Below are positions 53,820-64,000 of a stretch of DNA of 64,000 bases, one piece after another. The notes under the pieces are model-generated. The model was not told the DNA's origin and made no database searches. It saw nothing but the letters and a program-made list of their open reading frames with translations. The stretch covers positions 15,004,001 through 15,068,000 of the forward strand of contig NC_045138.2 in the NCBI RefSeq assembly GCF_008831285.2, written 5' to 3'. The translations under genes and the position numbers were made by a program. Each line of letters begins with the position of its first letter. Position 1 is the stretch's first letter. Source of the stretch: Nymphaea colorata (Eukaryota).

Positions 53820-56800
53820 CCAATAGGGGCCCAGGTCAGCTCGGCCCAGCCCGTTTAGATTAAAAAAAATATTTTTTTAATTTTTTTGTTTTAATAATAT
53901 ATATATTATTAATAAATATATTTTATATTTAAAAAATTATTTTTAAATTTTAAATGGGCCAGGCCGGACCAGGCTCACCGGCCCGGCCTAATGCCCACCC
54001 TTGTTTCAACGCCACAAAGCAGAGACTCAATATCATAAGTCATCTAAATTTTTAACTTTTTAGCAACTTTTCACTAAAAAAAAAACAACTTCATCTATTC
54101 TGTGTTTATCAAAATGCATTGTGTTTATCAAAATGCATAGAGGGAACAATAGAAAAAAGTACACCAGACCAAATAAACATAAGATGCACCAAGCTCTTTA
54201 ACCAGAAATTACAAACATGGAGAGGATTCAAAGATCAGCGAGCAGAACCTGCACGTCCTGTCAGGAGCAAGGCTTGTCGAAATCCTGAAATGATTTCCCC
54301 CAAATCTCGGCTCTCCACCGCCACAATGCCGTACCGCACCCCCATCTACCCCATTTCATCTCGACCCCACGCCGGCACTCGAGCCCCCTTGCCCACCATC
54401 AGCGCAAGCTGCGCAAACTCTGCAAGTGCGTGAGTAGCATCGAGCTCGATCTTCACCATTGGATCCCGTCCAACACTGCCAGAAGGCTCGTCCTCCAGTG
54501 TCATCGACCTCTCTGCCACTGCATCCAAAGGCTCCAAGAGCTTATTCGAGGATGGATCCGCACCTCTTCGGAGCTCGCCAGGGGTTGGGTCGGAGTTCGA
54601 GGTGGCCTGGGCCCAGGTCAGCTCGGCTCGGCCCGTTTAAATTAAAAAAATATTTTTTTAATTTTTTTTGTTTTACTAATATATATTTATTATTAATACA
54701 TATATTTTATATTTTAAAAATTATTTTATAATTAAAAAATTATTTTTAACTTTTAAATGGGCCGCGCCAAACCAGGCTCACCGGCCCGGCCTAATGCCCA
54801 CCCTTGTTTCAACGCCACAAAGCAGAGACTCAATATCATAAGTCTTCTAAATTTTTAACTTTTTAGCAACTTACCACTAAAAAAAATAACTCCATCTATT
54901 CTGTGTTTATCAAAATGCATAGAGGGAATAATAGAAGCTCTTTAACCAGAAATGACAAACATGGAGAGGATTCAAAGATCGGCCAGCCGAAACTGCACGT
55001 CCTGCCAAGAGCAAGGCTTGTTGAAATCCTGAAATGATTTCCCTCAAATCTCAGCTTTCTACCGCCGCCGCACTGTCGTACGGCACCCCCGTCGACCCCA
55101 TTTCATCTGGACCCCACGCCGGCACTCTAGACCCCTTGCCCGCCATCAGTGCAAGCTGCGCAAACTCTGCAAGTGCGTGAGTAGCGTCGAGCTTGACCTT
55201 CACCATTGGATCCCTGTCCAACACTGCAAGAAGGCTCCTCCTTCAGAGTCATCGACCTCCTTCAGAGTCATCGACCTCTCTGCCACTGCATCCAAAGGCT
55301 CCAACAACTTATCCGAGGATGGATCTGCACCTCTTCGGAGCTCGCCAGGAGTTGGGTCGGAGTTCGAGGTGGCCTGGGCCCAATAGGGGTCAGGTCAGCT
55401 CGGCCCGGCCCGTTTAGATTAAAAAAATATTTTTAATTTTTTTTTGTTTTATTAATATATATTTATTATTAATAAATATATTTTATAATTAAAAAATTAT
55501 TTTATAATTAAAAAATTATTTTTTAATTTTAAATGGGCCGCGCCGAACGAGGCTGACCGGCCCAACCTAATGCCCACCCTTGTTTCAACGCCACAAAGCA
55601 TAGACTCAATATCATAAGTCTTCTAACCTTTTAACTTTTTTGCAACTTTTCACTAAAAAAAAATAACCATCTATTCAGTGTTTATCAAAATGCATTGTGT
55701 TTATCAAAATGCATAGAGGGAACAATAGAAAAAAGTACACCAGACCAAATAAACATAAGATGCAAGCTCTTTAACTAGAAATGACGAACATGGAGAGAAT
55801 TCAAAGATCGGTGAGCTGAAACTGCACGTCCTGCCAAGAGCAAGGCTTGTTGAAATCCTGAAATGAATTCCCCCAAATCTCGGCTCTCCACCGCCGCACT
55901 ATCGTACGGCACCCCCCGTCGACCCCATTTCATCTGGACCCCATGTCGGCACTCGAGACCCCTTGCCCGCCATCAGCGCAAGCTGTGCAAACTCTTTAAG
56001 TGCGTGAGTAGCGTCGAGCTCGATCTTCACCATTGGATCCCTGTCCAACACTGCCAGAAGGCTCGTCCTCCAGAGTCATCGACCTCTTTGCCACTGCATC
56101 CAAAGGCTCCAACAGCTTATCCGAGGATGGATCCGCACCTCTTCGGAGCTCGCCAGGAGTTGGGTCGGAGTTCGAGGTGGCCTGGGCCCAATAGGGGCCC
56201 AGGTCAGCTCGGCCCGACCCGGCCCGTTTAGGTTAAAAAAATATTTTTAAAATTTTTTTGTTTTACTAATGTATATTTATTATTAATAAATATATTTTAT
56301 ATTTAAAAAATTATTTTATAATTAAAAAATTATTTTTTAATTTTAAATGGGCCGCGCCGAACCAGGCTCACCGGCCCGACCTAATGCCCACCCTTGTTTC
56401 AACGCCACAAAGCATAGACTCAATATCATAAGTCTTCTAACTTTTTAACTTTTTAACAACTTTCGACTAAAAAAAAATAACTCCATCTATTGTGTGTTAC
56501 CAAATAAACATGAGATGCACCAAGCTCTTTAACTAGAAATGACAAACATGGAGAGAATTCAAAGATGGGCGTGCCTAAACTGCGAGTCCTACCAGGAGCA
56601 AGGCTTGTTGAAATCCTGAAATGAGTTCCCCCAAATCTCGGCTCTCCACCGCCGCATTGCCGTACGGCACCCCCATCGACCCCATTTCATCTGGACCCCA
56701 CGCCGGCACTCAAGCCCCCTTGCCCGCCATCAGCGCAAGCTCTGCAAACTCTGCAAGTGCGTGAGTAGCATCGAGCTCGATCTTCGCCATTGGATTCCTG

Positions 56801-57315
56801 TCCAACACTGCCAGAAGGCTCGTCTTCTAGAGTCATCGACCTCTCTGCCGCCACTGCATCCAAAGTCTCCAAGAGCTTATCCGAGGATGGATCCGCACCT
56901 CTTTGGAGATCGCCAGGAGTTGGGTCGGAGTTCGAGGTGGCTAGGGGCCCAGGTCAGCTCGACCCGGCCCCGTTTAGATTAAAAAAAATTATTTTAATTT
57001 TTTTTGTTTTAATAATATGTATTTATTATTAATAAATATATTTTATATTTAAAAAATTATTTTATAATTAAAAAATTATTTTTTAATTTTAAATGGGCCG
57101 CGCCGGACCAGGCTCACCGGCCCGGCCTAATGCCCACCCTTGCTTGAATGCCACAAAGTAGAGACTCAATATCATAAGTCTTTTAAATTTTTAACTTTTT
57201 AGCAACTTTTCACTAAAAAAAAATAACTCCATCTATTCTGTGTTAAAGAGGATTCAAAGATGGGCGTGTCGAACCAGGAGCAAGGCTTGTTGAAATCCTG
57301 AAATGATTTCCTCCT
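53820..57315 (-). repeat. Tandem array of ~4.5 units of ~750-810 bp, each made of a hAT-MITE right part plus bZIP62-like exon 1 and adjacent intron
   Basis: Units start near 53827, 54610, 55388, 56195 and 56945 with caggtcagctcg..cccgttt, and contain ctaatgcccaccctt and the exon-1 sequence. Confidence 0.9.
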
Positions 57316-57676
57316 ATTCTCGGAGTTCAATGATCCAATGTGTCTATCATTGTTTTTGCTGTTGGGTAGGATGCATACCAACTTTGGATACGGATCTGGG
57401 TCCTGGATCAACTCATGACCTTATTATTGTCACTGGTCTGGTCGGTCCTGCTAGGTCTTTGTGATTCTGACTATGGGATAAACATGCCTTGAATTTGCCA
57501 ACACGATCACATTCATGACAAAGTACCCCTACCATTATTTGGACCCTCAATGTTATTTAGATCCAGATTTTGTACAATACCCGTAGTTGCTAGTAGGTTG
57601 CTGATCACATGTTCCGTAATTAAAAGCCATACGTCAAAGTGTAGGCAAATTCAACATCCAAATAACTTTGATGTAT

Positions 57677-57929
57677 CAAAGAATTTTGAATCATAGTGTG
57701 GGTATGGTGTGGGCGAGGGCTTCGCGTCGAGACCGGGCGGCGAGAGAAGGACGAGTTGATTTCAGAAGCACCCTGCGCGTGAGTTTCTTCTAGTTGAAAG
57801 ATTGAATAGTATGCAAAAGAAACTCACGCGCAGGGTGCTTCTAAAAGCAACGCGTCCTTCTTTCGCCGCACGGTCTCGACGCTAAGCCCTCGCCCACACC
57901 ATACCCACCCTATGATTCAAAATTCTTTG
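57677..57929. repeat. Second copy of the foldback inverted repeat, more mismatched
   Basis: Homolog of 35809-36061 with about 6 extra substitutions in the arms. Confidence 0.9.
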
Positions 57930-57951
57930 GAGGAGAACTAATGGTGAACTA

Positions 57952-58260
57952 ATGGAGAGGGCAAGTGCAAGCTTGGCAGATGGAGGAAACCCCGTATCTG
58001 GTTTTCACTCTAAAGCTCTTGCCCTCATACCCATCGTTGGAACCAATGATCCCTCAAACCATGAGAACTTCGTCCTGGCAGATCTAGATTCGAAAGAACA
58101 TGCTTCTCCCCTGCCTCAATGTTCAATTCTTCATTCGTCAACACAGTTTCAAGATAAACATAAGTATAATAAGAGATTGACAGATGCGGCTGCTACAACT
58201 GAAGCCAGAAAGAGAAGGAAAGAGCTCATAAGCATAACCTATTCAAATTTTTTGGACTAA
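57952..58260 (+). pseudogene. Second copy of the bZIP62-like C-terminal fragment
   Basis: Identical translation to 36084-36392. Confidence 0.7.
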
Positions 58261-61175
58261 TCCTGAGCATTGGAACTGCTGTTTTCTTTGTCTGGTGCCT
58301 CGTGTCAAAAGACCTAAGCATCGGATTGTGTAAGACGTAATCTATGTAACAAGAAATCAACTTTATAGACAATGATGAGCCTCTCGGGAGAACACTGCCT
58401 TGCGCGATACTTCAAAATTTTCTTACAGCAATAGGATTTAGCTTTTCTTTCATATGCCAAAGAGATGAAATTCGATCGAAGTGTACGAGTTGCAAGAACA
58501 GTTGAGCACGAACTGCATGTATTAATGAGGTCCGGCACGCGATGTGGTCTGTGCCATTGTTTAATGTTTTCCTGTGTGATTATCCAATGTTTCTTTCCAT
58601 TACTTTTACATGGTTGTAGTCAGCGTTTTCTGTATTTTTCAAGCAAGGAATGTTTCTGCACTTGTGCACTCACTTTTGATTGTCCTGTTTTATTTTCTCC
58701 TGAAGTACTTGATCGGCAGACACGAAATTTAAGGCGCACGACGAGCTCATCGGGCTATGCCAACTGCTTGTAAGGGAGAAAATAAGAACTACAAAATCAA
58801 CAAGATTTTGTCTGAGCAGCATGATCTCGAGGTGGGTTCCAATTTCCAACGCCCAACTTAACAAACAGCTTGGAATTTGAATACATGATTTGCTTCTAAT
58901 CAAACCAGGGGGTTGGCCTTTCAGATGCTCCTTTTCCATGTATCGCCAAGATATAAAGGAAGAAGACAGTCAGAAGCAAAATTGAAAAGAAAGTACTTTA
59001 GCCTTGATTTTGAGTTTATTGAGTGCCTCTGCCTTTCCACGACAGCCTCATTAGTTGGTGCGTCCAACCCAAGCGAATGATGTTGAGCATATGCAGCCGC
59101 TGGCAACTGAGCATTCCCAGTCGCAAAGAGGAAGACGGGCGCACCTGCGAAAGCACTGCCAGATGTTCAACCGCAGCTTCTCATTGTTCAACATACATCA
59201 ATATGAGTTGTCTGAGCTTCATGCTTTCGCAAGCTTATGAACCCCGATTGGTTATTTGCAGTTCTTTGATGTTGATATTGACGCTCGTTGCTGACATCAA
59301 ATTTTAGGTTTAAACAGCCTGATCAGCTGGACCCACGTTAAGAATGGGCACGGTAGCAAATGTGCACTTGACATGAGATGGCAACTGATAATTTGATGAT
59401 CCATTACATGTAGTAGCCATTACGTGCACATCTCAATTCAGATGCATTTGGAGAGAAATCTTGCACTGCTAATGAGACAACAAAGAGGAAGGTGGTTGAT
59501 GCGTCTTTGGCCGTAAGGATTATCCTTCCGCAAAAAAGAAGACACATATTGGAGTGTGAAGAAAGAAGAGAATAATGTTTGAAGAAGGAAGAGTGGGGGA
59601 AACTTTACGTGTAGATAATAAAGCATTCAGAAAAAACATAAGAAGAAAGCAATTGCAGCACAAATTAGTCTTTTTGGCTTTTTTTTTTTTTGGCATCTTG
59701 GAACTTTTAGTCGAAGACGAATAATAAGCTCTTCAAAATGGAATGTTCCTCTCAAATCATGTAACTTAATGCAAGTTCTCTTTAACACTTGTACAAGTAA
59801 CCTTTCCTTAAAGCTCACAGGACAAGAAAATACAGGCGTTTTCCACTAACTTCTTCGAAGCTTTAAAAAAATACCATTTCATGAGGTACATAGTTTCATG
59901 TTTAAGTGTTCTGGCCTACATGGTTTCAAGCTTAATATGCTGGCCACGTATGATTTGCTACCATAATATTTGAATATTTACTAGAGAGAGAAGGGAACGG
60001 TAGACTTTAATTTCACTCTATTTATTGTCGGTCTCATGAAAGAAGTTGGCTCATGTTCAACAGCATGTTATTCCACATATATCCAAGTCGTGAATATTCA
60101 ATTGGGTTCCACTCAGGAATTCCACGCTGGTTCGAATCATTCAATTGGGTTCACCCGAAAAAGCAAGGGAAAGACATTCTTTGGTTGGAAATTTGCTTTC
60201 CTTTCTCGCAAAGGTGTTAAATCCAAACCGTTCATGGACTTTCCGATAAAACTTAGCTAATTAGGCAAATGATGGAAACAATCCTGATACCTTTTTATAA
60301 TTGTTGCTATCAATATCGAATCATCCCCTTTTGCGAGGATCTCCTTTTCGAAATTGGGTAAAGTGCCACACCCTATTTTCACAATGAATTTAGTTCTCTC
60401 TGCATTAATGGATTTAGATTGTGATTGGTCAATCATATTGACTGAATTAATTGGCATCTATAACCAGTTTTAAACCCGGACCAAGCCTAATCAAGTCTAG
60501 CAGTATGTCCAATTCATTGAGCTGGTTGAGTCTTAATGCAACCTTCTTTCTCGTATCTGCGTCTTAATCGAGTGCAACACACTACAGAAAATTCTTCTCA
60601 GATATTGATGGTCACTCATTCAAAGTCATGAGATAAAGTTGATACATATTAATCTACGTATTAACAATATGTCCCTTAAAGTCTCTATAAGAGGTTGTTT
60701 GGTAATAATAACTGTTATTATTTCATGAATCTCCATAAAAAAGCAGGATAGATTCATCGAATACTGCAACGTACTATTTAATGGATCTGTATGATAAATT
60801 AATGGAACAACAACAGTAAATTCATGGAACAACAACAGTATAATACTAATGTCAAACATTCATATGTCTTGATGGATCCCCTTTGAACAAAGTTTTACAT
60901 TGTCCACCTTATGGATCTCGAAGTCTTGATTAACTAGGATTAATTTGAAGGATACAATGACAAATAATGCAGACTCTTGACCTCTTTCATCTGGAAGGTG
61001 AAAACGTAATTATGTTATGTCTTGAGAACTTGTTCTAACATAACAGTAATTGTTGTTTTGTTTTTTGTTTTTTTTTTTTAAATTAAGCTCCTCATTTGAT
61101 TGGTTAAAAGTATTAAGTATAGAACAATTTACATGGTAACTGTAACATAGACCCTAGGAGATGCATCAATGAATG

Positions 61176-61220
<45 letters not shown>

Positions 61221-62306
61221 CATGTACACAGACTAAGTTATATCCTACAAAGATCTAATCTTAAACAATTAACGAAGGCATTGACTTAATATAAATGCAT
61301 ATTGCGCTCAATTATTTTTACTTTTGCGATCCATGCATCGGTCTGGAGAAATCATAATGAAAGCAATGTTTAAATAAACAAGTCATATAAATAAAATAGT
61401 ACATGTTAATAACCAATAGCTATAACAATGAGCCAAAACTGAGTTACAAACAAACAAAAACAAGTAAACGAACGGAATTTGGAATAATTTTGGTCCAGAT
61501 TACTTGTAAGACCCAATCCGAGACTGACCTGAGTTCTTGAGTTCTCGGCATACCCTATAAGATTGAATACATATAAAGAAAAAAAACAAGCATATTTCAC
61601 ACCTAATATTGCAAACTTCAACTATCTGCCCCTCAAATAGACTCCTTCAAAAACCTGCCATTGTGTGGAGTATCAAGCTGTTGAAAACTAATTTCCAACT
61701 CAGGTGCTCGACTTGAATAGTTTAATTCTCTTGGTAGAAAGACAGAAGACATGATGTTTAAAACCACAAGATAACGGATGGAAAATGATACTGAATAAGA
61801 AATCTAACGTACCCATACATGAAAGAAAAAGATTTGTAAACAAGCATAAGATGTTCAACTATTTGTGATGGTGGTCCATTAGCTCTGTTCTTATGCATAA
61901 ACAAGTGATCTATAGCAAAAAATTTCTGGTTCTACTTTTGTCATTGTTTGTGGTCAAGCTTAGTTTGACTCCTTGAAGATAGTTATGTGAGGATATAGGG
62001 ATGTCAATTAAAATATCTGACCGAACCATTGGTTTCCAAAAACTAGCTAGTTTTCTACAACACAACCCATGAATCAAGCTGATGGACCGCTAGTGTCTGC
62101 CATTGAACCAGTCCATTCATTCCAAGGACTTCTGTCTGTTCCAGCTCAGGCATAGGCAGATTCAAGCACATGGCGCAAACTCTCACCCACACACTCGCAC
62201 TCTCTTTTTCTATTATATAAATAACATGGATTCCTCCAACGGTGAGAAAAATCCCTCAAGTAGCCCAATGTTTTTTTTGTTTGGGTTGTGTCAATGAGGT
62301 GGGATG

Positions 62307-62344
<38 letters not shown>

Positions 62345-64000
62345 TAATTAAAATCAAATTTAGATTGAAAATCATTTTTATATATAGAATTTACAGATTT
62401 CTCCAATCAAAGTTTAGACTGAACAGTCCTCAGCACACCACTCGATACAATGTACATGTACACTCATTTTCTCTTTTTGACTAGTGTACATACATGGCAA
62501 GTGTAAAACAAATTTAATAGCCCATGCTTGATAAAATCAGAATAATAACAGTGCATCTATTAATTCTCCAACCAGCCACTCACCCCCAACTTCCAAAATA
62601 AAATTACAAAATAAAATTCATCTTGACTTTAAAAATAAAAAATAAAAAAAGAGAGCAAGGTTTTCTAATTTCTTCCCAAATCTTTTCATTCAAAACTTTT
62701 AGACTAAAAGTAAGTAAAGGAACATCAATGGCTCAGCTTGCCCGTTTGATAAAATCAATTAGAAGTGCTCTTTTCCTCTATTTTGCTCAAGCAAACTACA
62801 CTATAAACTAAAGTTACCTGACAATTATGTGTGCTAAAATTAAAATATGGAAAAGAATATCTTCTTTTTTTCCTTTTAGTTTAGCAAGTCACCACCAATG
62901 GAGCCAATGCCTCCGTCATATCATCGAGTTGTCGCAGTCAGCCTACTAATTAAATGTAGAAGACTTTATAAGAAAAAAAAAGATAAAAAGAGAAACTCAA
63001 CACTACTGAAGAAGAGGTAATCTAGATAGACAAATATTGCTCCATATATATTTTTCCAACCTACAAGTCATTTCTTTGCTATTGAAATGAGAGTGTGCGA
63101 AGGACAAGAAATCATAAACAACTTTTAACAAACAAACATGATGAGCCGGTCAAGTAGTTTACAAGATGAGAGCACTAAAACATGGCCTTTTTAAGCCTAT
63201 CAGATTAATTTGGCAGACACTAAATCAGTTGTTTTCTTGCGATTCATTGTTGCAGCAGACTCGAAACCAGATTTTCTTTTTCCTTTCTCAACTATCAAAT
63301 CAATTAATCATATCGCCTTAAATTAAGGAGTTGTTATTAAGGAGCACAATGTTTGGTGATTGACATATATTTTGTCCACATGAGAAACTAGATCAATCAA
63401 CACAGCTCTTTCCATATATCAATGTCTTAGACACTAATTTATTGAACTATGTCATTCAAAGTTCTCTAGTTGTAACTTTCAGTCTGAGGTTTCTTTGTTG
63501 GTGAATTGATTCATGTACCTAAATTACATACCAGCTAGAAGCATCTGGTGTTGGCTTTTTATAAGTTTTTGGGCAGATCTAGGCCAGTTATTGTTACATG
63601 ATAGAGTTTTAGATTGTCTTATTTAAGAGTTGCATATGAGGGAGAAGCTTTGGAAAAGCTGGAAGAAAAAGGTGAGGGAATATCAGTACATGGAAAGAGA
63701 AACAGAGAGACAGAAATCATTTCTTAGAAACTCCCTTCTCGACAACATACATGAAGAAAACTTTCTGGCTTCCATCAGTATAATTTGGTCGACGGACAAC
63801 AAATGGTAATGTTAACCTATTTTTTGTAAGAATACTTCTTATTGTCGTTATTCATATAGCATTGTACCTCCACAAAGGATAACATGGATTGAATATTGTT
63901 TGAAAGAGTAAATGAAAATTTCCATTCCCATTCACGTGCCTTAAGATCTAGTTTGGCGTACAATTGCAGCGAGTTCAAGTCGAGCTCGTTAGCTCGATTC

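Larger units (their letters stand above)
46915..64000. mobile_element. Giant hAT-bounded element, copy B (runs off the window; predicted end ~64014)
   Basis: Same left flank CTTGGATG and left TIR as copy A. The window ends 14 nt short of the position homologous to copy A's right TIR end. Confidence 0.68.

Noticed and set aside
20307..64000. Autonomous transposase or Helitron Rep/Hel gene
   Set aside because: No long ORF or DDE, BED or helicase motifs seen; all elements appear non-autonomous.

Overview
AT-rich flowering-plant nuclear DNA with spliceosomal introns and (AT)n/(AG)n microsatellites. Two genes look intact: a 2-exon NC/LRAT-domain gene (3104-5212, +) and a 2-exon purine permease (PUP; 16047-17358, -). 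The PUP sits in a decaying tandem array with three broken PUP copies. Other gene relics are an IQM calmodulin-binding pseudogene, two root-cap/LEA-related pseudogenes, a 5'-truncated fatty acyl-CoA reductase (FAR), two RLP44-like LRR fragments and many exon fragments of a bZIP62 (At1g19490)-like gene. The main structural observation is that 20307-42173 (~21.9 kb) is bounded by hAT-type terminal inverted repeats (TIRs) with a 7/8-matching 8-bp target-site duplication (TSD; CTTGGATG/CTTGGATA), and a paralogous empty site is present at 13926-13933. This reads as a giant, transposase-less, Pack-type or macro hAT element carrying host gene fragments. A second copy with the same ends but a different interior starts at 46915 and should end about 14 bp past the window. 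Inside are nested MITEs with clean TSDs, an inverted duplication, a 113-bp-arm foldback and a ~780-bp tandem array made of a MITE half plus bZIP exon 1. Protein family calls come from recalled motif similarity; no database search was run. Some near-identical duplications could be assembly artefacts.
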